Assembly: GCA_965153455.1 (NCBI GenBank)
Contig: OZ234493.1
Span: 10,282,213-10,346,212 of the forward strand
Direction of reading: 5' to 3'
Source of the DNA: Sphagnum compactum
Taxonomy: Eukaryota
Length of the DNA stretch: 64,000 nt
This document shows, one piece after another, positions 23,951 to 37,680 of the stretch. Below the pieces are notes generated by a model, which was not told where the DNA came from, searched no databases, and saw only the letters and a list, made by a program, of their open reading frames with translations. How positions within the stretch are numbered: position 1 is the first letter of the stretch; each line of letters opens with the position of its first letter. The translations under genes were made by a program, and so were the position numbers.

Positions 23951-26900
23951 GGGAGAGTGCTCCCAAAATGCAAAACATAAAAAAAAACCCTAATATTTTA
24001 AACCTAAAAAATCTCTAACGTTCAAAACAAAAAACTAAAACCCTCTGACCTAAAATATTTACATGACCTTACATGCCATAATACATTTTACATGGGGCAT
24101 GTAGTGTAAAAATAAATAAATAAATATATATATATATATATACACACAGACACACACACACAACCCACTGTGTAAGTGTAAAAGAAATAAAAAGTTTTAC
24201 ATGGTGATCAGTGTAAATGTAAATGATTTACACTTACACACCAACACTAGTCCAAATTTAGCTTCATGTTATTTAAAACCTAAACTTCATCTAAATTAAT
24301 GTTCACAACCCATTATATTATTGCCTCTTATGAGCTTTTCTTATAGACAATGTCACCTATTCTATTGTTCAATTATTAGGTGATGGCCCTCATTTGCATT
24401 CAATAGAAACATGTCCATGAACTAGTCACAAAAAGCCCTATTTAGGCACACCACTACAGGGAAGCTAAAGGATTCACATTTTTTGGATTATAGAAAATTT
24501 GTTGTGTAGTTATAGCCTACAAGTTGATTACTTTTTTTTTTAAATTCTTTTTTCAAAAAAATTTAAAGGACATTTTTAGATAACACAACACAATGAATGT
24601 GACAAGTTTTGCATCATAATTAACTAATCACATTAAGAATCTACCTAAATCATTTTATGGATGATCACCACTTGAGCTACATCACAAAATTGAAGAAAAA
24701 AACCCTAGTCATGTCCCAAAACACTTCTAATATTAATGAACAGATGTGATTGAAAACCTCCTAGCATCCTTTCCAAGCTGGGTTATATAAACCACAGTAC
24801 AGGGGGAGCTCCAACACATGTTTATCGAATAATTAATTTGAAAATCATTTCAAGAATTGAAATATTATTGAATATTTTAAAAGATTCTTTGTTTCCCTTC
24901 ACAAAAAAAATGTTCTTTAAGAAATTTTTTTTTTTTGAAAAAATCATCATTTTAAAAACCATTACAAATTGTGTTGAAACCACCAAGGTAATATTGTAAA
25001 AGTCTTTATGGCATTGTTACCTTGCGAGGTCACTAATCCTAGGACCAAAGTTAAGGTGCTTAAATTGGGAGTTCAAATGTGATTGTATGTCATGTCCAAG
25101 ACCAATTTTTACACTAGTCACAAGCAAATTGAAAAGGAAGAAAAATGGCAAAGAAATGTTTCTTGAAAATGGAAAATAATGGCAATCACAAACAAATGGT
25201 GAAAATAGAAATGAAAATTGCATGTCATGAAAATGGCATGGAATACTTTTGCATGTCACACAATTAATAAAAATCGAAACAACACTGAGAGCCAAATGTG
25301 TTTTCCCACTGTGAAAGTTTCTAACTTTCTCATTTTAATGCATGAAAGTTGATCAATCCAAAGTCTTATTGATGTGACGAAATGGATCACATCAATATGT
25401 TAGAGAAACACTATGGATGCTATTGAAGAATTGTTTTTTTTGATCAATTGTAAGAAGTTAAAAAATCTCTTTCATGTTTTAATTCTTGAATCAATGTGAT
25501 TAGCCTTTTATTTTTAGGGGGTGATGTAACATTAAAAGGCTCCATAAAACATTCTTTGGTAGCATCCATAGTGTTAAAAAAGGATGATTTTTCATTAAAA
25601 TTTTGTCACATTTCATCTTCATATGGTAGCATCCAAGGGGCTAGTTGCCTTGAACATTGTTTAGGTTATCACCACCTAAATCTAATGTTCAACCCTTGTT
25701 CATGGTGTGTGGTCATAAACCTATTGATATCAAATGATATGTCACTTGTAGAATTGTTGGATGAGGAGATCATAACCATGTTTTCCTTTTAGAACATTAA
25801 TTTGTTGTGGGCATGTGGTTATTTCAATTTGTGACGAATTCTGGCCACCTAGATTGCAATTGTTAACGAGGGGGTTACCAAATTTTCCTCAATCAATTTT
25901 TGCCTTCACCACCTTATAGAGGTGTATAGGAATATTTGTGTCCTAGATCTTAGATTTAGGACATGTACAGTAGTAGTATTTGTGGAGTATGGATTTGTAT
26001 GATTGCAACATATAATGATGACTAGGAATTTTTTTGAAGTGAGACATGTTTAACTTAATGGATGAGCAAAAAATGATTGGATGGAAGTTACAAACCTTTT
26101 GGTAGTTGCAAAAATCATGATGAGTGGAAAAGGTTAAGGAAATTATCAATGGTGGTGATTATGTGTGAAAATCATTTGCTTCATATTCTTCTTCAATTTG
26201 GTTATGTGCTTTGTTTGTTTGCTTGTAGAAGAATGCAAAACAACAATGTGTTGGTTTTTAATGTGTTGTTCTTCAATGCATTGCAAGTGTTATGTTTTGA
26301 CGATGGCATGTTTAGTGGGTTTGTTGCAATATTTTTCAAATTGTTTAGTAATGGTGAATGTTTTTATTTTTCAAGGACTTTTGATTGTTATAGGGTGGAG
26401 GAAGGAATGAACTTTTGCTACTCCTTTTTGGTGATCTTATTTGTGCACATTTAGTCTAAAGTCTAACATTTTAATAAAAAGGTTTACAAAAAAAAATAGA
26501 GTGTATAATGTGACCCATATTAATTAGGTATGGCAACCCCAAAGTTTTTTTTGATGGGCATCTTTGATTGGCCCATAAAAAAAATTCAGATTGTGGACAA
26601 TCCCAAAATAGATACAAATGTAGAACTTAAGGCAAAGGATATGGGATAAAATGAGTTGCTATTGGGAACATTTTGGGAATGCATTGGGAAATTGAGGGGA
26701 ACACATTGTGTACAAAAAAAATCCAACATTCCCCCACCTTCACCAAAAGAAACAAATGGGCCCCTTGGGTGTACGTTGGCTCACCTCATTGGTTGGCAAG
26801 AATTTTCATGCCTACCATTTTTTTACCATTTTTGGACTAAGCTAATGTCAAGGGCACAAACTATGGATTATTTCCCATAACTTCTACAAATAATTGACAC

Positions 26901-28751
26901 ATCTTGTCAAACTAGTTGGTCCCTTTTGGACCTAGAGTGGAGGTAGGCCTAACATTGAATTTTAAGAAGGGTATTCATATTTTTCCCCTTTCAATTGTTG
27001 GGTCATTTTTTTTTTCTACCAAGTAAATTGGATGTGCAATGCATGGTCATAGTCAAGAAGGAACAAAACAAAATTTTGTTTCAAAACCCTTTTAAATTGA
27101 TGTTCAATAAATATAATGAACAATGCAAAGTGGGTGAAGGGCATTTCCATTTATATTTTTATAAAACAAAACAAAATTCTATAAGGTGTGTAATGATTCT
27201 AAAGTAATGTGTGTTTTAATATTGTGGTTGGTTTTGGAAATTGAAACACCAAAATCCAATTAACATTCATTGGAATTTGGATTGCCTATTATTGATTTTA
27301 TTAATTAGATGTGGGTACATCTCATATTAATTCTTAAAAAATCTAAACTTTGAAACAATCATGAGTAAATAAAAGTTCAAATGAATTTTTAAAATATATT
27401 TATACATGAAGGAAGGTTGTTTGTTTATTTGTTCCAATGATTCATGAAACATACCAATATGGGCTGCTTGCAGTGCACTACTGTACTTCTTTTGCCGCTT
27501 GTTTTGGCACTTCAATCAAAACTATTGCTATTACTAATAATGATGACCCACCACCATTCTATCCATCATGTAGTCATGGAATCAAACATCACATAAATCA
27601 GCTATGAGCATTACATTGCAAATGTAAAGAATCACATATAGAATCAAAAGGTTTTTTTTTTCTATATTACTTCAGTCTAATTTTTACTTTTGAATGTTTC
27701 TATCATCTATCTAATGAGCACAATAATAGCTACTTGAATTTGTTGCAATCCTCTTGTAAGCCTTTGGATAGGCTGCTTGTACAGCAAACAAACAAGCTCC
27801 AAAACGTTGAAATATCATCCTTTGTCAAAAAACTATTGTTCTTCTTCATCACTGCACCGTGAGAGAAAAAACAAATAAATCCCACCACCTATTATACTTA
27901 TGACAACAAGAAAAAACGAACCCAAACCTTCCCTTATTGTAATTATGGTAGTAAGAAAAAACGAACCCACCCCAACCACCTATTATACTTATGACAACAC
28001 CAAAAAATGGATAGCTATTGAATTCCTTTTATTGTTGATGTAATTAATGACTGTCACAATAATTCAAGGGCTGTGAAAGGAAGGTAGCAAGAATTGTTTT
28101 TTTTGTGAAGGTGCTTGTGGCCACATGGCACTCTGAAATTTCAGATTGAGTTTGAACCCTCAGGCCTACCTCCACTAAATAATTGTTTTTCCAAAAACAT
28201 TGGGCATGGTAGCCCCATTTTGAAATAATTAAATATTCTAATAATTATTGGAATAATTACATTAAGTTTGCATGTAGTTTATGAATGTAATGTCATAGCT
28301 CACTATTTTGGATTGTTCAAGGTTCAATTCTTTGCAAGATTGACAATGTGAGGTCATCTTTTTCTTTTTCTTCTAGCTTGCCCTTTAGTCAAGAATTAAT
28401 TAAAATCATAAATTCATCATTAGTATGGTATTTCAAAATTTTAGTAGTGATTATTGCTTTTGTGACATTGAATTTAATGGTGAACTTAATGGCAATGGAA
28501 CAAATGTTTAGGTAAAACTACCAAAAAAATTCTAAACAACGTTACAAAAGGATTGACAGATTATTGCTTCCCATAAGTAATGTACAACACACATGTATGC
28601 CATTGCTATATGCCTCCATAAGTTATTCTTGGAAGGGATATAATAATAATGAAGAAGGTTTGCAAAATTTATGTTGTCATTGTTTTGTATTGATTAACAT
28701 TTTATGTGTTAAATCATGTTAGAGGTGATTTTCAAGCATTTTGAAGGAATA

Positions 28752-29440
28752 CATCACAATTCTAACTTGGGTGTGTAATCAACTCATGGGAGGGACAACA
28801 AAATGTCTTTCTTAGGAGGGTTATGGCCAAAACAATGGTCAAGAGTTGAATGACAATTTGACTTTTGATGGTTAGAACCTAGCAAACAAAAGCCACATGA
28901 CTTTTGATTAGAGCATGCAATATGGTGTTGAAAAGTTTTGTTCAAGGGCTACAACCTCTTTTTCTAAAAGTTCTTGAATTTGATTCATATGTAGGAGTTA
29001 TGAGCCCACAAAATTGTGCAAATCATAAGTTGGCAAAATTGGGAATTTTTAGGACTCCCATTAATTGGAATCTTGGCAAGTTTAACCATTTTAATGTAAT
29101 CCATGTTGTTAGTCATAAAATATATTATAGGGAAAAGAGTTATGACTCCTCCCAAATCTAGGCCACATTCGTGTGTCTTGTGAATGGGGTTGCATGTGAT
29201 TCTTCCATGTGCCATTTTGGCTTTAATTTTCATTGACCACTATCTTTTGTGGTTTGTGCAAATTGACTTCACCTTGAATTCAACTTTGTGAACTCATCTT
29301 AATCCCATCCCAAAACTCCACACATTCATCTTGTCCTAGTGTATGGAACTAATTAAGAACACACCCAAGGTTTTCAAATTTTTCAAAATGCATCGTATTA
29401 AAAATGTAGTTCAATGCATTGTGACAAGTATTTGGGGGTC
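28752..29440 (+). mobile_element. Highly degenerate LTR related to 19821-20638, opposite orientation
   Basis: Colinear AT-shifted matches, for example caatttgacttttgatgg, aatatattatagggaaaagagttatgactcctcccaaatctaggcc and gtgaatggggttgcatgtgattc, to the reverse complement of the solo LTR. Confidence 0.55.
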
Positions 29441-30679
29441 TTTCCAATTCTTATCCAAGGTCATCATTGATTATATGTCCTTGTATCATGTTCATAATTC
29501 TGGTGACGAGTAATTGAAACTAGTATATGGGTGATTTTTTGGAATCCTTTGTATGGTTGTCCATGGACCATTCCAAAGACAATTTAAAAAATAACTACAT
29601 TTTCAAGCCTAACTACTTCAATTTTTTTCCCTATCTACAAACATGGATATGAGAAAACAAATTAACATGTTTCTTTTCATGTCCATGAAAAAAATTTAAT
29701 TAAACTAAATTTTACATTGACATCAATAATGATGAATTATTGAAAACCATGTGAAAACATAAGAAAAAATTTAAATATTTGATCATCACTGGTAGTGCAC
29801 AACAACGTGGAGTTTAAATTTATTATAATAGTTAGATGTCCTTGTTAAAAGCCATAATTTAACATAATGTAATTTTTTTTCGAATACCTAACACGTTTTT
29901 AGAAAAAAGTGACCTACAAAATTATTTTTGTAAAGAATGGGCACATTGGACCTTTGTTTAAGGGCTAAAATTAACCAAATTGTTACAAAATTCCATGCCC
30001 ATTTTAAAAGGATTAAGAAAATAAAGGAGGTTGGTAAAAAAAATGGAATGATAGCAAGAAATGATAGCTAGGATGTGATGTGATGGATGGAATATGTTCA
30101 CAAATTTAATGAAATCTATTAATTATTATAATGTAGTTACATCCCAACATTCAAATATTAGGCTTTTTGTCATCTCACCATCTTTGATAGTGAAAATAGC
30201 TAAAGGTTCATATAAAGACGATTGCTTCATCAAAAAATTTTGCTCCAAAGTTTACAAGTTTCATCACTGAGTTTCAACTTCATGTTCATAATTAATTACA
30301 ACATAGTACATTTTCATGAGTGTCTTGTGCGTCAAGAATCTTTCATAATTAGTGATTCTTGAAATTTTGTGATTGTCATGGTGCATTATGATTACTTTAT
30401 TTTCATGAAGTACATGAAGACGGTTGTTAGTTTGAAGGTTGTTCATCTGTTAATGTAATCATAATGTAGAGTGGGTGGAAAGTTTGTTGTTGCCCCATTC
30501 ACAACCTCATTGAAGGTTCACAACTATGGGGACATGTGAGTTGCATTAACTATATTAGACGCAAATAAGTTTTCACCACCAAGCTTGCATAATTTGCTTA
30601 CATGCTTGTGTGATTGTGTATGGATTACAAAGTTATCTATGCAATTTTGTATTGGTATTGGCATGAATATAGGATATGT

Positions 30680-31400
30680 ATTGAACTTTGAAGTTTGATT
30701 TTACCATGTGTCTAAGTGTCAAGAGTCTTGGGCTTCAAATTTTTTGTGGGGTAAGATGATAAATGGCAAAGAAAGAATAATCAACCAAGTGAAATGCACC
30801 ATTTGCACAAATGTGAATGGGAAAATACATTTTGGTCGCCAAATTTGACAACCTAAAGAGATAGTAAGAGGAAAACAACACATAATTTGCAACTAAGATT
30901 GGAGTGAAAGTTAATGAATGATACGTTAACAAATCATGTCCTCATTTGAATAATGTTCCAATCTTCCATGGTTGGACGCAAACAATTGTTTTGGAGTGAG
31001 TACAAATCAATTTGGAAATGAATGGAGCCACAAACAATATCATTTACAACTATTTTCCATTTATTACCACAAGGTAGACCCATGCTTGAATACAAGGTTA
31101 TGAAACTTCATTCTTTATATTCTTGGGAGTTCCACAAATGCCCAAGAAACATTTGTTTAATTCTATTGCTTGGGTCATGGCTAAGTTCATGCATGTAAAG
31201 GTAATTTCCAAGTCTAGAGATCAAGTGATTTCAAATGCACAATATTTTGCATTTACATGTACAAAGTAACAACACTTGATAATAACAATTGGATTGACAT
31301 CCATTGTTGTACATGGTTCAAAATTGGGAGAATTGACCGATTTTGATATCTCTCAAGTTGGTTATGAAAGGAAGAAGTACTAACAACCTCACATATTCTA
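30680..31400 (+). pseudogene. hAT (ZNF862-like) transposase N-terminal relic
   Basis: Fragments VKCTICTNVNGK..VAKFDNL, QGRPMLEYKVMK, VPQMPKKHL..IAWVMAKFMH and QYFAFTC..VTTLDNNNWIDIH, with frameshifts. Confidence 0.6.
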
Positions 31401-33702
31401 TTAAGATTGAAAATATTTTAAGTATATTCTAGATCTATTTTCATAATCCAATTCTTGACACCCTATTTAATTGAAGTGAATGATAAAGTTTATTTATTTT
31501 CATTAAGTTGCACTTTATAGTTTTTTGCATGTCATTTGGAAAAACATGGAAGTAACCTCCCTTGGGTCATTTGTAACAAATGTTGTGTAATGTGCACTCA
31601 AGACTTAAGTAAAAATTACACAATTTTAGTTAAATAGTTGTTGAGCTTTTCATAACTTCACTATTTCTTTTGATAAATGTGTCGAGTATTGATGATTTTG
31701 TAATAATTTATTACATTCATTCTTGATGTGGTGTGTTGTCCATCTAGGAAGTGCATGTAACCTATTTCTAATATGAAGCCCCACATCCATTTGTTAAGTT
31801 TTAAAAAAAGTTTCACATATTTCAAGGACGATAAAACTTGCAATTAAACTTGTAAATATTTGACTTCATATAAGATAGTGTGGTCACTTTAGCTTGTAAG
31901 TTTTTATTATATTCCTTGCTAGAAAGTAGTCAAATTCTTAATATTTATCCTTAACAAGGGGGAAAAAAACCTCACACACACCCAAGTTGCAAACCCAATA
32001 TGTGGTGCAATTGATTTCAAAATCCTTGGAGAGTGGTGGTACTAGAAGTCAATTCTTAATCTTACAACTCTAGTATGTCACAAGTTCAAGTCCAAAAGTC
32101 AATATTGATTCCACATGAAAATTAAATGACTCGTTTAGATTCATTGATTAGATGCATACATAATAATATATACATGTTTGTATATGTTTATAATTTAAGT
32201 CATGCAATGCAACAAAGAAATATGCTTAAAACTAGTGATTTTTTTTCTGAGAGGCAAATTGTTAGAATAATCAAATCATTTGGGGGTAGGGGGTGGGTTT
32301 GAGATCTTCCAAAAGAATTCATGAAGGGGTGCGTGTAGTGTGCACCTATTTTTTGACCCACTTGTTTGTACATGTGGGTGTGTTTTAGTTAAAATGCGTC
32401 AAAAGTTCCCACTTGATTAAGTCTTTATAAAGAACTAGTAGTCTAATCAAAATGACATCGCCAAATATGATCAAGGTTATTCAATAAGAATATTATTCTT
32501 AGAATCATGATTGACATATTAACATAATTTTTTAATAATACTTATGATTTAAGAAGATATTACATCATATTATTATGTAATGTTGTATTTAAAGATTTTC
32601 CCATAAATATGTTGATGAAAAAAATTAAAGCCTTCAAGGAGTCTAGTAAATAGCAAAAATATGTCTTACACATTTAAACATGTTTTTTGGTATTTCATAT
32701 TCATTAGATTCATTTCAAACTTTTAAAAATGGTCTCATAATACATTGAAAATAACATTTTGAAAGTTCACTTAAAAAGTTTAATTTACGACTTGAAACAA
32801 AAAAAAGATTTTGTTACACAAGAATTGGCTATTTTAACAAAAATGCACCCATGTTAACAAATAGAGTGATTTGGAAGGTTGAGGAGAAGTTTTATTTTAG
32901 TTGTCTTCACATCAAAATGCAAATTACGATATCACAAGGACATGTGTCGTCCAAATGTTGTGGTTTTTAAAGGGGTTGCCCATAGTACCTAGGATTTACA
33001 GTGCAATTGCCAAAGAAACAAAAAAGAAATGTATTAGAAGGAATATATCAAAAATATTTATTGCTTAGACTTTGCCTTTATAAAAGTTATTATTATTTTA
33101 TTTTTCAATGTCCATGGCTACTACTTTTGTAATTTATCAATAACCTTAGAGATCAATGTGGTCATTTGAGATCTTCAAGTGATAATGATCAATTGTAGGC
33201 AAAGTTTTTTACATTCAATTGTAATATTTTTGTAAATTTAAATTTTGTAAGTTTGAAAAATTGGTAATTTTTTTATTGGTAATATAAGATAAGTGTGTTC
33301 AAGTGTGAGATCTTTAACTTGAAAATTTCCATTGTATTCATTGCTAGAAAGTAATCAAATCCTTAACATTTATACAAGCCTTGGATTTGCCTTACTTCCT
33401 CTTCATTTTGGTATGTTTGCTTCATTAACATGGATTGGTTCCCATGCTGATATTCCAAGCTAAAAGTTGGTCTAGATTTGTTAGGGCAATTTATATTATT
33501 ATAAATCATAACACCACAATTTGTCTAAGTGAAATTTGAGTTTGGGTAGGACCATGTAGGAAAAAAGGTTGGAACTACTATTACTACAAGAAATTTCTTG
33601 TTTTCCTAGAGAACTTTATGATGTATTCATGCTTTCAACTTTTTTGTTTGAATATTCCTATTGCTTCTAGAAATGTGAAAGAAATTGAAGTCAATGTAGA
33701 TG

Positions 33703-35685
33703 CACTAGTACAAAAATGGGGTGCAATTCACGAGCTTAAATCACTATGGGACTTTAAAAGTGAAACATGTTCACTACACCTTAATGATTTCACCCTGGTT
33801 AAAGTTATTTCATGGTAAGGTCATTATGTAAACATCATGTTTCACTATTAATTGACATAATTCACTATGTTAAATAAGTTTTTTATGTTGTTATTTTCGA
33901 TACTTTAAGCTGTTCTAAGCTCTACCCTATGTTATTTTAGGCTACCCTAGGTTATTTTAAATTATACCCTATGTTACTATAGGCTATTATAGGCAAGTTA
34001 TTATAACCTAGGTTAAACCCTAAATTATTCTAAGTTATTTTATTTCAAGGTATTATAGGTTATATTTTAATTTATTGTAGGTTTTTTACTTTAGGTTATT
34101 TTATTTTAAGTTGTTATATGTTATTTTGAATTATGCTTTAAGCTATTCAAGGTCATTTTATTCTATGTTATTGTAGGTTATTTTATCCTAAGTATAATAA
34201 CTAAAATAACCTAAAATATAAAAATAACATGTAAAAAAATTGCACACAATAACTTAAGGTGGATAATATAAAATAACCAATAATTTTCTCAATAAAATAA
34301 CTTAGAATATCCAAAAATGGCATATGGTAGAATAACCAACAATAACCTAAAATAATTTATGGAAAAATAACTTAGAATAATAAAAAATAATTTGTGATAT
34401 AATAACTTAAAATCACCAAGAATAGCTTATGGTAAAATAACCAATAATAATATAAGGTGGGTTAAATTAAAATAACCAAACTAACCAAAATAACCAAAGA
34501 AAATCTAGAATAATCAATAATACCATATGATAGAATATTCAACAATAACCTATAATATAATAACTAATAATAATTTACAATAGAATAACCAACAATAGTT
34601 AAAATTAACTATGATAAATAACCAACAACAACCTATGATAAAATAGCCAACGATAGCCAACGATATAATAATCAAAATTACCTTATGGTATTAAAATAAC
34701 CAACAATATCCTATGATAGAATAGCCAAAAATAATATATGGTAAATAACCTAAAATAATTAGAATTAACCTACGATACAATAGCCCATAATAGCCATTGA
34801 TAAAATAGCCAAAAATGGCCTATCCAATGAATAACCTATAATAACCTAAAATAAAATAACTTATAATAACCAATAATAACTTATGATAGAATAACAAAAA
34901 ATAACATATGATAAATAACTTAAAATAACCTAGGTTAAAATAGCCTAGGATAACCAACAATAACCTATGATAGAATAACCAGTAATAGCTTATTGTAAAT
35001 AACCAAGAATAACCTACCATAGAATAACCAAAAATAACCAAAAATAACCAATGGTAAATAATTTATAATAACCAACAAATAGTGTAAGATATAATATCTA
35101 ATAGTAGCATATGGTACATAACTTAAAATAACTTATGATATAATATCCAGCAATAGTTTACGGTAAATAGTCTTAGAATAATCAATAATAACCTATGGTT
35201 AAATAATGTAGAATAACCAACAATAGCTTATGATGAAAAAACATAAAATAACCTATAGTAGAGTAACCAAAAATTTCCAAAAATAACATAAGATAAAAAA
35301 ATGCATAATAATATAAGATGATAAAAAATATTTTTCATTTAAATAATGGTTCAATGGTTGAGGATTGGCTTTTTAAACATGGAATAGAGAATAAGTGAAA
35401 ACTTTAAACCTTCACACTTGCACCTTAAGTTGGTGGGCTAAATATTTAGTTGGTTAAATTCCTAAGTTCGAACTAATTATTAGTGAATTTATTATTAATG
35501 ACTTAGTTATTAATGAATTTGATTAATCATTGGTGAATTCAATTAGTTATTAATGAATTCATTTGCCCGTAGTAAGTGATCCTTGTTTTTTAAAAGGTTG
35601 GCCACTTTCACCATGGTAAATTAATACAATTTCATTCAAAATCTAGTGAAACACATAGTGAATTTAGACCCATATGGGTGTAGTG
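33703..35685. mobile_element. Non-autonomous CACTA (En/Spm) element with an AT-rich internal foldback array
   Basis: Begins CACTAGTACAAAAATGGGGTGCAATTCAC and ends GTGAATTTAGACCCATATGGGTGTAGTG. Perfect 3-bp TSD ATG (33700-33702 / 35686-35688). The interior is ggttatt repeats followed by aataacc repeats. Confidence 0.8.
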
Positions 35686-36120
35686 ATGTTTACATTATTA
35701 TTTGCATAACTTGTTTGCAGCAAAATATTATAATATATTTATTTACATTCATTGCTTAGAACAAAGTGAATAATAATAGATAATAATTGCAATTTATTAT
35801 TTTATATATTGGTTTGATACTTTTTGAAAATAAACACAATATTGTGATATATTCTAATCACTTGTGTCATATTAATATTTGCCCCATTTTTTAGTGTTGA
35901 TTTGGTATTTTGTCCTTCAATTTTAAATGAATAGATTTTTTGGTCATATTGTTCAAATGTAAAAATATTATTCTCCTCACCTTGAGAGTCCATTGTTGTG
36001 CCCACCACGTTGCTATGCAAACTTTGTCCCACTTGGATGTTGTTTCCATGATGAAGTTCATAATGAAGTTGGTCTATGTTTATTTTGCATACTCTCCCAA
36101 ACTTTGACACATTGAGTTTA

Positions 36121-36432
36121 TTGGCCTTGCTTGCCAAGGCAAAGATATTGTGTTTAAATTCATTAGAAAGTATAATAGCTTAAGGGATTTTGGCCCCTAG
36201 GTAATAGGTCTATTTTTATATGGGGACTTTTGAAAGATGATATTTTGGCTTGTGTTGAAACTTGAAATTACATATAGAGTTATAATATCTTGAAGCATTT
36301 TGGGTTTTTTTAGAGGATTTTTTGAAGATTATATTTTTGCATGGTGAAAATTTTGAATTTCCATAATTCTTCTTTTGTCTTAAGATACTTTTTAATGTAA
36401 ATGGCAAGGCCACAATGTGAGAAACCCCTTGC
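36121..36432 (+). mobile_element. HINE-like element, copy 2
   Basis: Reverse-complement copy of 11015-11334 (both yield the spurious peptide ALPFTLKSILRQKKNY). Termini ttggccttgc...ggcaaggccacaatgtg. Confidence 0.6.
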
Positions 36433-36499
36433 TAAGTTGGCTGTCTTCTTTCATACAAAAGGTAACTAAATTTTGTGAAATGTAAAGACTTGCTAGATT

Positions 36500-37680
36500 T
36501 CAATCTATGCTTAGCCCATCCAAATGTGTCTTGGTAGAATATAAAACTTTAGTGGACAAAAAATGGCCAAGGATATGGTACACATTTCAATTGCTAAGAC
36601 CAATTTGAACTTCTATGTGACATTTCTATGGTGGCCACTTTGACACACTTACTACCCTTGCTTAAGTTTGTGAAAATGCTTATTAAATTCTCCCAAAAGA
36701 GAGATGTGTTTCTTTGTGACTTTGTGATAGGTATGAAAGTTTGTCTAGTTGTATCACCAATACAATGGCCCATTAGTGTAATGCATTCAAAGATTTTTAA
36801 GACTTGTTGTGTAAGCATGAAATAATTTCCAAGGGGTGAGAAACCATCATTGGCTTAGATATGAATTCAATGGGGCTTGAATACTTAACTTTCCACTATT
36901 TGAATATTTAGCTTTCATTTTTGGGAATCAAACATAATTTCTACCTTGCATTGATCCCAACTCTAGAAATCAAACTCTAGTAAGTCAAGAAACATTCAAA
37001 AATATTGTCGAAGGTGTTAAGGTGACTTGCACAAGTATCCTTTTTTGCTTCATCTTTTGATTTCATTTTCAACTTTTTATTTTGGAAGTTGAAATTGTTT
37101 TTAGTTAGTGGTTGTTAGTGACCTCCCTTGTGTCATACGTGATTACTAGGAAATTTGACCAACAAATTTTGGATTAGCCACTTGTTGTCCATGTTTTCAG
37201 CACTGTTTATTTTCAATATTTGCTTCCAGTCAATGTAGATGAAAACTTTGTTAAACGTTTGACTTTGATTAAGAATCACTACTGTTATGGGCAATACTTG
37301 AAACGTAAGATCTATTCTTTATCAATCTTTTTGTAAGGACAACTTGATTTGCAAGTTTGTGTGCAAGTCCTGAATGTTACAACAATCTCCACATGCCATG
37401 GAGGTGAATCTATTCCGAATGAACCCATTCACTTGTTTGTGGCACAACTAATTGGTTGCTTCTAAGCATCGTAGGTTGTAGGTGTGAAAACATTTCAAGC
37501 TAGTTAAAATAAGTAGGGCCTAAGTTATTGAATTTCTGGAAGACCAATGCATATTTTCAACCCTTGCTTTCATGAAATCAAAACTTCAGAATTGATTTCC
37601 ATCAACACCTCTATATTGTGGTGGGCATGTTTTTGCACAATCATTACACCCTTGAATAATTTCCTTATACAATTAGGTGT
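36500..37680 (+). pseudogene. hAT (ZNF862-like) transposase C-terminal relic
   Basis: SMLSPSKCVLVEYKTLV, LLPLLKFVKMLIKFSQKRDVFLCDFV, and dimerisation-type EDQCIFSTLAFMKSKLQN..HLYIVVGMF..NFPY, with frameshifts. Confidence 0.65.

Larger units (their letters stand above)
17562..24249 (-). mobile_element. Decayed, formerly autonomous hAT transposon (~6.7 kb including nested insertions)
   Basis: Imperfect TIRs cactgtgggcgtgtatatg / reverse complement tagtgttggtgtgtaagtg (13/19 identical). 8-bp TSD gtccaaac (17554-17561) / gtccaaat (24250-24257). Contains a hAT transposase relic. Confidence 0.7.
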
